A stretch of DNA of 41,081 nt from a virus, in the IMG/VR virus record IMGVR_UViG_3300045988_078321; one strand, 5' to 3'. The notes under the pieces are model-generated. The model ran no database searches and was not told the origin of the DNA. It worked only from the letters and a program-made list of their open reading frames with translations. Below, in pieces: positions 24,363-32,236 of this stretch. A program made the position numbers and the translations under genes. The stretch's first letter is position 1, and each line of letters starts with the position of its first letter.

Positions 24363-24815
24363 ATGGATATAAACCAAATAGAACGAGAATTTGCCGAGAA
24401 AATTGAAAAGGCATTGAGAAATAACGACTATAAAAAAGTAGACAATCTTATGCGGCAATTTGACCGAATCAAAAACACCCGGGAATGTGTGCCAGCGAAG
24501 AAAATAACTGACGAAATGACGCCGGAAGATAAAGAGCGATGCAACACTCTTTTGCGGGTAATTCCTGTATTGTCTGATATTATTGAGGGCACAGGAATTG
24601 ACTTATTGGAGATGCTGAAAAAATACGACGGCAGCGTGTCTCTTCCAATGCTTGAAATAATAAAACGAATCAATTACCTTTCAAAAAAGGTTAGAGAGAT
24701 TGTTGACAATGTTAAAAGCGAATCATTCGCAGAATCATTTGGGGATACATGCGATTATTTGAAAGATGTGATATTTGATTTTTTTGAAAAAGAACAAAAT
24801 GATACGAGTTTTTGA
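24363..24815 (+). CDS. Hypothetical protein
   Basis: 150-aa ORF whose start is 2 nt after the upstream stop. Confidence 0.65.
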   Translation: MDINQIEREFAEKIEKALRNNDYKKVDNLMRQFDRIKNTRECVPAKKITDEMTPEDKERCNTLLRVIPVLSDIIEGTGIDLLEMLKKYDGSVSLPMLEIIKRINYLSKKVREIVDNVKSESFAESFGDTCDYLKDVIFDFFEKEQNDTSF

Positions 24816-26127
24816 AGCGTTTGCAGGATATGGAAGCCAGTCTATGGGGCTCGAAAGGCTGAAACAAGACTATCCGCAGTTCGATTATGAGGTTGTAGGA
24901 ATTAGCGAGATTGACAAATACGCTGTAAAAGCGTACAACGCCACGCATGAGCCAACAGCCAATTATGGAGATATATGCCTCATAGATTGGGATAGCGTAC
25001 CCGATTTTGACTTGTTCACCTATTCTTTTCCATGCCAGGACATATCGAGTGCAGGCAGGCAAAGAGGACTTGAAGCCGGTAGTGGTACGAGAAGCAGCCT
25101 TTTATGGGAATGCAGAAAAGCAATAGAAACAAAACGTCCGAAATATCTGCTCATGGAGAACGTAAAGGCACTTGTAAACAAAAAGTTTATCAATCATTTT
25201 AACGATTGGTTGCTTTATTTGGATAGCCTGGGATATAGCAATTTTTGGCAAGTCCTTAATGCCAAAGACTACGGTGTTCCTCAAAACAGAGAGCGGGTTT
25301 TTGTCGTGTCTATACTTGGGAATAACGAGCAGTATAAATTCCCAAACACGTTTGAGCTTATAAAACGATTAAGTGACGTTTTGGAAGAGTGTGTAGATGA
25401 AAAATATTATTTGTCCGAAAAGTTTTATAATTGTATTTTATCGCATACAAACAGAAAGATTCAAGAAGGATGCGGGTTTAAGCCTCAATTTATTACAAGT
25501 AATGAAGCGCCTGGCACAATTACAACAAAATACGGGCAAAGGTCAACAGACCCATACATTATCCAAAACGGGAGAGGATATGTAGAAACAAAAGAATTTG
25601 AGTTATGCCCAACTATTACCAGCCACGGATTCGAACGAAATAATTTTGCTTTTGTATCATACACAAGAGATAAAAAAGGTAATGTAGTTGACAGGCATTT
25701 GAAAGATGTATCAAACACAGTGCACACATCGACAGGTAGCGGAGGTAATACCGATTGTTTTGTATTTGAAACAAAAATTAAACAGTTATGCAATATATTG
25801 AAAGAGGGTAATTATTCTAATCCGAAGAGAGGCAGAGTTTATTGCGTAGATGGTATTAGTCCTACGCTTGACACTATGGCAGGAGGTGGACGCGAGCAAA
25901 AAATATTATCTAAGTACAATCGTATCCGCAAACTTACACATCGTGAATGTTTCCGCTTAATGGGAGTATCTGAAACTGATATAGATAAAATACAATCGGC
26001 CGGTATAAGCAACAGACAGCAGTACAAGATGGCAGGAAATAGTATTGTTGTAGATGTATTGTATTTTATATTTAAGAATCTTTTTTTTGAAAGGCCAAAA
26101 ATATTTCAATTGAAATTATTTAAATAA
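24799..26127 (+). CDS. dcm: DNA (cytosine-5)-methyltransferase with an oversized variable region
   Basis: Motifs: FAGYGS (I), FPCQDIS (IV), ENV (VI), QNRERVF (VIII), RECFRLMG (IX), GNSIVV (X). 442 aa from the ATG at 24799. Confidence 0.92.
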   Translation: MIRVFEAFAGYGSQSMGLERLKQDYPQFDYEVVGISEIDKYAVKAYNATHEPTANYGDICLIDWDSVPDFDLFTYSFPCQDISSAGRQRGLEAGSGTRSSLLWECRKAIETKRPKYLLMENVKALVNKKFINHFNDWLLYLDSLGYSNFWQVLNAKDYGVPQNRERVFVVSILGNNEQYKFPNTFELIKRLSDVLEECVDEKYYLSEKFYNCILSHTNRKIQEGCGFKPQFITSNEAPGTITTKYGQRSTDPYIIQNGRGYVETKEFELCPTITSHGFERNNFAFVSYTRDKKGNVVDRHLKDVSNTVHTSTGSGGNTDCFVFETKIKQLCNILKEGNYSNPKRGRVYCVDGISPTLDTMAGGGREQKILSKYNRIRKLTHRECFRLMGVSETDIDKIQSAGISNRQQYKMAGNSIVVDVLYFIFKNLFFERPKIFQLKLFK

Positions 26128-26144
26128 AAAACAAAGAATAATCT

Positions 26145-26214
26145 TTTGTAATTAAAATAATAGTCTTATATTTGCATCGTCAATATAAGACAAACCGACC
26201 GGGCGGGTTCCCGG
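26145..26214 (+). promoter_or_regulatory. Cassette 5: promoter plus leader hairpin
   Basis: TTTG (26145..26148), N18, TATATTTG (26167..26174). Hairpin CCGGG-cgggtt-CCCGG at 26199..26214, with 18 nt to the ATG at 26233. Confidence 0.8.
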
Positions 26215-26232
26215 GAATAAAAATTATAAGAT

Positions 26233-26385
26233 ATGATTAAAAGAAAACAAATTAAGGTAAACCGAGAAAGAGCAATAACTATTGCTATGAATCACAATTG
26301 TGTAAGTAAAGAAATTGCACAAGGTTACACCGATTCAGAACTGAAGGAGGTTTTAAGACAATTAAAATTAAAACCGAATTTCTAA
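26233..26385 (+). CDS. Small protein (50 aa), not in the supplied ORF track
   Basis: The ATG sits at the cassette-typical spacing. Translation: MIKRKQIKVNRERAITIAMNHNCVSKEIAQGYTDSELKEVLRQLKLKPNF. Its TAA overlaps the next ATG (TAATG). Confidence 0.45.
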   Translation: MIKRKQIKVNRERAITIAMNHNCVSKEIAQGYTDSELKEVLRQLKLKPNF

Positions 26386-26573
26386 TGGAAAAGTTCGTTG
26401 ATGACACAGGAGCAACCAGACATGCAATGAGTTATGATGAACTTAAAAAATTGTATAAATTCATAGACAATTTTATTGCAGATTGCACGGTTGAGGAGGT
26501 AAAAGAATGTAGAGACGCATTTATAAAAATTGAGACGTTGATACATCAAAGAATGAGAATGAAAATAAAATAA
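26385..26573 (+). CDS. Small hypothetical protein
   Basis: 62-aa ORF whose ATG (26385..26387) shares one base with the TAA stop of the upstream small ORF (TAATG). Confidence 0.5.
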   Translation: MEKFVDDTGATRHAMSYDELKKLYKFIDNFIADCTVEEVKECRDAFIKIETLIHQRMRMKIK

Positions 26574-26582
26574 ATTAAGTAT

Positions 26583-26918
26583 ATGAGAGCGAATCAAACA
26601 TTAGATGCAAGGGTATATGTAGGTACCTACGCGAAGTATAACAACGGTAATATCGACGGCGCATGGATTAGTCTCAATAGTTGCGATAGTTACGAAGATT
26701 TTTTGAAAAAATGTGCAACTATACACCAAGACGAGGCCGACCCCGAATATATGATACAAGACTGCGAAAATATGCCGGATATGACTAAATTACCTATTCT
26801 ACTCGAGCACAAGACAGGGTCTATTCATTTTGTAGATGAAAGGCTTAGCGTTTGGAGTTATTTGAAAAAACATTACACCCGTTGGGCATACATCAAAGAC
26901 TTAATTCCGGAGGAGTGA
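26583..26918 (+). CDS. ArdA-like antirestriction protein (short form)
   Basis: VYVGTYAKYNNGNIDGAWISL...YEDF...DPEYMIQDCENMP parallels the ArdA N-terminal pattern (VYIANLGKYNEGELVGAWF...EYAIHDYE.LP in Tn916 Orf18, from memory). Only 111 aa. Confidence 0.55.
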   Translation: MRANQTLDARVYVGTYAKYNNGNIDGAWISLNSCDSYEDFLKKCATIHQDEADPEYMIQDCENMPDMTKLPILLEHKTGSIHFVDERLSVWSYLKKHYTRWAYIKDLIPEE

Positions 26919-26921
26919 GAG

Positions 26922-27221
26922 ATGGGAGAATCAATCAAGAATGACAGAAAAGACGGCAAGGTAATGATGGAGTTGTTGCCTTGGCCGGAGCTTGAAGAGA
27001 TTGCGAAAGTATATACTGCAGGAGCCAAAAAATACGGCCCTCACAACTGGGAGAATTTGCCAAACGGTTACGAGCGATACAAAGGCGCCATGCTACGGCA
27101 CCTTACCGAGGTGGAGAAAGGCAATGCCATAGACCAGGATACCGGCTGCCTCCATGCAGCACAAGTCGCATGGAATGCTATTGCTATGCTGCATTTCAAG
27201 ATGAACGAATACAAAGAATAG
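26922..27221 (+). CDS. DUF5664-like protein (dATP/dGTP diphosphohydrolase N-terminal-like domain)
   Basis: KNDRKDGKVMMELLPWPELEEIAKVYTAGAKKYGPHNWEN...AMLRHL...G...DQDTGCLHAAQVAWNAIAML fits the K-x-D-x-GK...GA-x-KYG-x-x-NW...RH...D-x-x-(S/T)G-x-x-H pattern. Confidence 0.5.
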   Translation: MGESIKNDRKDGKVMMELLPWPELEEIAKVYTAGAKKYGPHNWENLPNGYERYKGAMLRHLTEVEKGNAIDQDTGCLHAAQVAWNAIAMLHFKMNEYKE

Positions 27222-27225
27222 AATT

Positions 27226-27912
27226 ATGAGAAAAATCATTCAAGAGATAGAGGAATCGGTACGCAAAAACGGGAATGACCGGCAGCAAGGGCTGGCGATA
27301 TGGCTCGACTACCTTATTGACCTGTTCGATGTGAAATACATTATGGACGGCACGTTTGAAAAACACCTTGTCGAGAAATCCGAAAAGGATGAGAATCTGT
27401 ACAACGCTACTATCATGTGGTTAGAAATTGTTGCAAAGAAAATCGACGAGGGCGGTTGGATAGATGTGTTCGGTGAAATATACGAGGAGATGTATCAATC
27501 GAAGGGGAAATCTTCGATGCTCGGTCAGTTCTTTACGCCGAAAGGATTATGCGACCTTATGGCAAACATGAACGAGCCTACCAATGGAAAGATAGGCGAC
27601 CCGGCGTGTGGTTCTGGCCGGACGTTGCTCGCTGCATACGTCAAGAACAAAAAGGCGTACTACATAGGAGAGGACATAGACGGTATAAGTTGCAAGATGT
27701 CCGCGTTGAATCTTATGATTCACGGAGCACGCGGTCGTGTTGTCTGCCACGACACGCTTGCTAACCCGGTATACTTTAATTGGGGATATGAGATAAACGA
27801 GGTGCGTTACCCTTTTCCAGCCCCGTTTTATTCTCTTCGACTTATATCGAATGTAAAGCCAGACAAACCAAGAGAGATTGAAAAAAGAGTTGAACAACTG
27901 AAATTATTTTAG
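27226..27912 (+). CDS. Minimal N6-adenine-MTase-like protein (SAM-binding motifs; degenerate motif IV; no TRD)
   Basis: GQFFTPKGLCDLM (X), IGDPACGSGRTLL (I), GEDIDGISCKMSALNLMIHG (II/III) and LANPVYF in place of NPPY/F. Only about 45 aa follow motif IV. Confidence 0.55.
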   Translation: MRKIIQEIEESVRKNGNDRQQGLAIWLDYLIDLFDVKYIMDGTFEKHLVEKSEKDENLYNATIMWLEIVAKKIDEGGWIDVFGEIYEEMYQSKGKSSMLGQFFTPKGLCDLMANMNEPTNGKIGDPACGSGRTLLAAYVKNKKAYYIGEDIDGISCKMSALNLMIHGARGRVVCHDTLANPVYFNWGYEINEVRYPFPAPFYSLRLISNVKPDKPREIEKRVEQLKLF

Positions 27913-27913
27913 T

Positions 27914-28489
27914 ATGAAAAGAACCTATATAAATCAGTTGCCAAAAGGAGAAAACGGCACTGTAAAAAATGCAAAAATTGAAAACGGCCAGCTTATTGTT
28001 GAGGTGGAGTTTGAGAAAGAGTTTGAGCCGAAAGATGGGGATTTTTTAATCACTGAACGGGGGATCGTATTTATATTTAATCCTCATTATGAATCACCCT
28101 GTGTTCCATTCTACATCGGAACAAATTTTCTTGGAGAACTTATAGTGCACAAGGAAAATGAAATATCCGGTTATGGCCAGATTGAAGATTGTCGCTATGC
28201 CACAGAGCAAGAAAAGGCCAATTTTCTTTTATTGCTTGAAACGAAATTCCGAAAGCGTTGGAACGCAGAAAAGAAATGTTTGGAGGATATAAGATGGCGA
28301 GCAGAGAAAAAAGGATTGTATTATTTTTTGGTATTCTGTGAGATAACTTATGTACATAGTTGTATTGATATTCGTATATCTCGTGATAATATCCGATATG
28401 ATACTGGTAACTATTTCAAGACCCGAGAAGCTGCGCAAAAAGTTGCAGACGAAATCCAAAAGATTTTCAAAAATTCAGAAGCATTATGA
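27914..28489 (+). CDS. Hypothetical protein
   Basis: 191-aa ORF whose start is 2 nt after the upstream stop. Confidence 0.65.
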   Translation: MKRTYINQLPKGENGTVKNAKIENGQLIVEVEFEKEFEPKDGDFLITERGIVFIFNPHYESPCVPFYIGTNFLGELIVHKENEISGYGQIEDCRYATEQEKANFLLLLETKFRKRWNAEKKCLEDIRWRAEKKGLYYFLVFCEITYVHSCIDIRISRDNIRYDTGNYFKTREAAQKVADEIQKIFKNSEAL

Positions 28490-28556
28490 TATGAAAGTGT
28501 ATATAACGAAATGGGCATTGACCAAGTTATGCGAAAAATGATAGAGAGAAGAAACA

Positions 28557-28988
28557 ATGAAAAACAGAGAAATCACAGCAACGGGGACAATTAACCACGA
28601 CGGCCGTTTGGTTATGTATATGGGAGAAATAAACGAGTTTTTTGCCGGTTGGAAAGGACAGAGGGTTATAGCTCGTTTTACTATTGCATCGCCCGGGACA
28701 TCTGAAGCATTGCGTGGCTATTACTTTAATTGTGTTGTCCCAACATTTCGGCGCGCACTTTGGGATACCGGCGATAGAATGACGGAAGAGCAGGCAGAAA
28801 GAAAAATGCGAGAATATTCTCCAATAATGCACGAAGAGGTTGCCGACGTAAATACTGGGAAATATACACATATTCTTCGAAGTGTAGCCGAATTGTCAAA
28901 TGCCGAGCTAATTGAGCACATAGAAACTATAAAGCAGATTGCTGCCGAAGAGTTTAATGTATATATCGAAGACCCAATGATTTTATAG
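28557..28988 (+). CDS. Hypothetical protein
   Basis: 143-aa ORF. Confidence 0.65.
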   Translation: MKNREITATGTINHDGRLVMYMGEINEFFAGWKGQRVIARFTIASPGTSEALRGYYFNCVVPTFRRALWDTGDRMTEEQAERKMREYSPIMHEEVADVNTGKYTHILRSVAELSNAELIEHIETIKQIAAEEFNVYIEDPMIL

Positions 28989-28989
28989 T

Positions 28990-29178
28990 ATGTTTTGTAA
29001 ATGTGGGGAAAAACCGAAAATGTATCCTTTGCCAAGTTGGCGAATTATACGTTATAAATATACGCCCTGCGGATATAGCAGAATAGTCTGTAAAAAATGC
29101 GGGTGCACATGGATTTCACGAGCGGCGAAATATGTAGAAAAAACACAAAATGATGAAAAGAGATTATTTAATCAATAA
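28990..29178 (+). CDS. Small zinc-ribbon-like protein
   Basis: 62 aa with CKCG...C...CKKCGC cysteine pairs. Confidence 0.45.
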   Translation: MFCKCGEKPKMYPLPSWRIIRYKYTPCGYSRIVCKKCGCTWISRAAKYVEKTQNDEKRLFNQ

Positions 29179-29182
29179 CCGC

Positions 29183-29200
29183 GCCGGGCGGGTTCCCGGC
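29183..29200 (+). promoter_or_regulatory. Leader hairpin copy 6 (GCCGGG-cgggtt-CCCGGC), with no recognisable promoter
   Basis: Same stem and loop as cassettes 1, 4 and 5, extended by one G-C pair. 18 nt lie between the core CCCGG arm (ends 29199) and the ATG at 29218. Confidence 0.75.
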
Positions 29201-29217
29201 AACTAAATAAAAACATT

Positions 29218-29832
29218 ATGAGCGAAAAAAAAGAAAACATGGTACAGGTACCGAGCGAAAAGGCTTTTGCTTTATCAAAAGTGAAAATGTTGAAAGACGA
29301 TGGTCTTGATGTGCATTATGAGGTCACCGAAACGGTTGGTAACGAGAGTTATGTGAACAAATATCACGTTGAAAGCGTGAAAGACATTCACCCAGATTTG
29401 CGAAATTGTTTCAACCGGTTGCGCCCTATAATGGTCAGAATCTTCAACATTACATCGTTTCTTTCGATGGTTGAGACGGAAGATTTCAAGGCTACAAAAT
29501 CGCAGCAAGAGAAGGCGAGAGAATTTGCCGATGAGATGCTTAAAAATATAGAGGTTCGCGGCATTTCGTACTCTGGGAAAGATGACAATGTTGGCGTTGT
29601 TCTTACCGGTCTTTTTACTGTTTCGAACAACCAAAAAACAGCCATAAATTCGCCCCGAATCAAATACAGTACTGAAACATTCGGTTTTGAAGAAGAGTTG
29701 GAAGACATCGCGGCAGACATCGAACGGGAGGTTTACGCGTTTCTTTTCAAGGGTAAAAAGGCGCAATTAGGATTATTCGGCGCCGATGGAGAGCCGGCCG
29801 AAAATTATGCTCTTGACCCTGAGAAACAGTAA
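29218..29832 (+). CDS. Hypothetical protein
   Basis: 204-aa ORF behind hairpin copy 6. Confidence 0.7.
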   Translation: MSEKKENMVQVPSEKAFALSKVKMLKDDGLDVHYEVTETVGNESYVNKYHVESVKDIHPDLRNCFNRLRPIMVRIFNITSFLSMVETEDFKATKSQQEKAREFADEMLKNIEVRGISYSGKDDNVGVVLTGLFTVSNNQKTAINSPRIKYSTETFGFEEELEDIAADIEREVYAFLFKGKKAQLGLFGADGEPAENYALDPEKQ

Positions 29833-29835
29833 GGA

Positions 29836-30294
29836 ATGGAACCGATTTTAATACAAGACCGGGAAGAATACAATTATGTAACCGATAGAGGGTTTTGCCC
29901 TCTATTGGATTACAAAAATTTCAAGATTGATATAAATTTGCGAATCGAAATACAAAGAGAGATGTTTGGGCGATGCGTTATCGGTCGCGGGGAAATACCG
30001 CAAGCTAACGAGCGCTTTTTTCGCTGGGTATGGGCTCACAAGCCGCACCAATGCGAAGAATGTTTGAAGCCATTGCACAACTATTCCGCCGTATATTGTT
30101 CGCATATATTGACCCGTGGGGCATACCCGGAGGCGGCGCACGATGCAAGGAATATAAATATACTTTGCTTTGAACACCATAGCCAATGGGAAAACGGAGA
30201 TAAAAGTAAAATGCGAATATTTCCCGGAAATGTTCGGACGATGGAGTTAATAAAAAAAGAGTATGGAAGTTTGGAAAGAGATACACGGATATAA
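29836..30294 (+). CDS. HNH / NinG-like nuclease-fold protein (tentative)
   Basis: CEECLKPL...CSHILTRGAYPEAAHDARNINILCFEHHSQWE fits a CxxC...H...N...CxxHH beta-beta-alpha-metal pattern. Confidence 0.45.
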   Translation: MEPILIQDREEYNYVTDRGFCPLLDYKNFKIDINLRIEIQREMFGRCVIGRGEIPQANERFFRWVWAHKPHQCEECLKPLHNYSAVYCSHILTRGAYPEAAHDARNINILCFEHHSQWENGDKSKMRIFPGNVRTMELIKKEYGSLERDTRI

Positions 30295-30667
30295 CGAACG
30301 TTACGAGTTCAGCAATTACGGGCGTGTTCGTTCTAATGATATGATTGTAAACGGTAGGTTACAGAATTGCCACCATAAAAAAGGGCGCATATTGAAACCG
30401 TATACCGATAAAGAGGGATACAAAGGCGTTGTTTTATGTGTCAATCAAAAACGCAAAACGTTTCGGTTACATAGATTAGTTGCGGCGGCTTTTATTCCGA
30501 ACCCGGACAATTTGCCGGAAATCGACCATATCGACGGCGACCGAGCCAATAACCGTGCGGGCAACTTACGTTGGTGTACCCGGAAACAAAATGCCAACAA
30601 TCCAATAACCCGGAAACGGGTTGCAGTTTCTAAAATAGGAGAACGAAACCCGAATTATAAGAAATGA
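30263..30667 (+). CDS. HNH homing endonuclease (NUMOD4 + HNH_3 type)
   Basis: WKEIHGYNERYEFSNYGRVRS (NUMOD4-like) and LHRLVAAAFIPNPDNLPEIDHIDGDRANNRAGNLRWCTRKQN (HNH_3). Confidence 0.9.
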   Translation: MEVWKEIHGYNERYEFSNYGRVRSNDMIVNGRLQNCHHKKGRILKPYTDKEGYKGVVLCVNQKRKTFRLHRLVAAAFIPNPDNLPEIDHIDGDRANNRAGNLRWCTRKQNANNPITRKRVAVSKIGERNPNYKK

Positions 30668-31017
30668 GAACAAAAAAGAGAACACCCGATTACGGGGCAA
30701 TTTCCCGCCGCTCTATTAAAAGAGATTTTCAAATGATGCAATTATATCATCAAGAAGAGAAAACGCCGGAAATCGAAAATTTGCCGGAAATAAATACTCA
30801 AAAAAGGATTTTATATTTGTCGCAAAAAAGTGAATATTTCAAGTATTGCAAATACATAGTCGGTAAATTGGTAAGGCTTAAACAGAAATCAAATATCGGT
30901 TCAAATTCATGGTATTGTGAATTTGTCCATGATTATGATAGAATGGCCCTTAACAAGGTAGCCGGTTGGAGTGAGAATAAAAAACTTTATTTGTTTGACG
31001 GTGTTAAGTTTAGATAA
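30664..31017 (+). CDS. Hypothetical protein
   Basis: 117-aa ORF with an ATGA overlap to the HNH gene. Confidence 0.6.
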   Translation: MRTKKRTPDYGAISRRSIKRDFQMMQLYHQEEKTPEIENLPEINTQKRILYLSQKSEYFKYCKYIVGKLVRLKQKSNIGSNSWYCEFVHDYDRMALNKVAGWSENKKLYLFDGVKFR

Positions 31018-31018
31018 C

Positions 31019-31141
31019 ATGAAGATAAAAGCAAAAACGGGATTTAAGGTCGTATTTTGGGCCTTTGCTATTTTTACAATCGCTTCATATATTTGGGCGA
31101 TTGCAAGTTTGATTTTAATCGTTAAATACATTTTGTTATGA
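31019..31141 (+). CDS. Small single-pass membrane protein (40 aa), not in the supplied ORF track
   Basis: MKIKAKTGFKVVFWAFAIFTIASYIWAIASLILIVKYILL. It exactly fills the gap between two genes, and its stop overlaps the ssb ATG (ATGA). Confidence 0.35.
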   Translation: MKIKAKTGFKVVFWAFAIFTIASYIWAIASLILIVKYILL

Positions 31142-31548
31142 GTGTCAACAGAGTTGTGTTGCTGGGGAACACAGGAAAAGACCCAGAATTTAAGGAGTTC
31201 GACAATGGAGGTTGCGTTGCTCAATTTTCATTAGCAACAACCAAACCCGGTTATAAAACAAAAGACGGGAAAGAGGTGCAAGAGCGCACCGAATGGCATA
31301 ATATTGTAGCCCTTAACAATTTGGCTAAAATTTCGCATCAGTACGTCAAAAAAGGCGATAGGCTGTATATTGAGGGCGAGTTGAGAACACGCAGTTATGA
31401 GGATTCAAGCGGCGTTAAACGATACATTACAGAGGTGTATGCAAACAAAATAGAATTGTTGACTCCAAAACCAACAACGCAAGCACCTCCGCCTTCTCCG
31501 GAATGTTATAATCAAGAACCTCAACAGGAAGGTGGATTGCCTTTTTAG
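31138..31548 (+). CDS. ssb: Single-stranded DNA-binding protein
   Basis: OB-fold pattern NRVVLLGNTGKDPE...TEWHNIVA...KGDRLYIEGELRTRSY, with a Pro/Gln-rich linker and a C-terminal GGLPF tail. Confidence 0.95.
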   Translation: MSVNRVVLLGNTGKDPEFKEFDNGGCVAQFSLATTKPGYKTKDGKEVQERTEWHNIVALNNLAKISHQYVKKGDRLYIEGELRTRSYEDSSGVKRYITEVYANKIELLTPKPTTQAPPPSPECYNQEPQQEGGLPF

Positions 31549-31551
31549 TGT

Positions 31552-31743
31552 ATGAGAGAGATAAAAATACAAATTCCAAACGATAGCCGGTTAGTAGGGG
31601 TTAGAACAGAGGGCAATGTTATAATCGTGTCCTATGAGCCAGCACCTAAATCGGTTATCGTTGGATTTCTGGGCAAAAACAAGAGAGCAAAAACCGATGT
31701 AGAAATAATCATTAAAACAAAAAACGATGCAATATCCGAGTAA
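31552..31743 (+). CDS. Small hypothetical protein
   Basis: 63-aa ORF. Confidence 0.5.
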   Translation: MREIKIQIPNDSRLVGVRTEGNVIIVSYEPAPKSVIVGFLGKNKRAKTDVEIIIKTKNDAISE

Positions 31744-32236
31744 AGAATACAATCCAGAAAAGCACGATGTTTTTAACGCCTTGACCGTTAAACAGCCTTA
31801 TGCCGATGATTTAGTTACGGCTTCGAGAAAAGACGAAGATGGAAATATCTATGGTGTGAAATCAATCGAGGTTAGAAGCCGAAATACAACATACCGAGGC
31901 GATGTTCTTATATGTTCATCGAGAAACCCGGTGTTACCCAACCTTCAAAGTGGGGTTACATTGGGGCTTGTTGAACTGTATGATGTTAAGCCCGTTTCTG
32001 AATTTACCCCGGAAGATTGGGAGAACACGCGAATACCTGTTGAAAAAAGAGCAAAAGTAACAAAGGGTTATGGCTGGTTGATGCGAAACCCCAGGCGCGT
32101 TATTGAATTTCCAATCAAAGGACAGTTGGGAATATACAAGATTGTGTACACAAAGGGGGAGATTATAACATACCCCCAAAAAATAGTGATAGACAAAAAG
32201 GGGTGGAAGCACATACAGAAGGAGGCGAAAAAATGA
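31727..32236 (+). CDS. ASCH (PUA-fold) domain protein
   Basis: LTVKQPYADDLV...KSIEVRSRNTTYRGDVLICSS resembles the ASCH pattern (KQPWA...K..E.R....yrG.llIh). Confidence 0.55.
   Translation: MQYPSKEYNPEKHDVFNALTVKQPYADDLVTASRKDEDGNIYGVKSIEVRSRNTTYRGDVLICSSRNPVLPNLQSGVTLGLVELYDVKPVSEFTPEDWENTRIPVEKRAKVTKGYGWLMRNPRRVIEFPIKGQLGIYKIVYTKGEIITYPQKIVIDKKGWKHIQKEAKK

Noticed and set aside
27549-27764. Alternative-frame + strand ORFs nested in larger genes (27549..27764, 35340..35525, 23362..23556, 25397..25585, 12122..12307, 15687..15869, 4766..4954, 836..1198, 37124..37354, 39295..39627)
   Set aside because: Each lies wholly within a gene that has clear motif support. Their translations are Arg/Lys/Cys-rich off-frame sequences, and none has its own start context.
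28350-28541. 63-aa ORF overlapping the end of 27914..28489
   Set aside because: Most of it is out of frame within the upstream gene. Only 16 codons would be unique (MKVYITKWALTKLCEK), and nothing else supports it.
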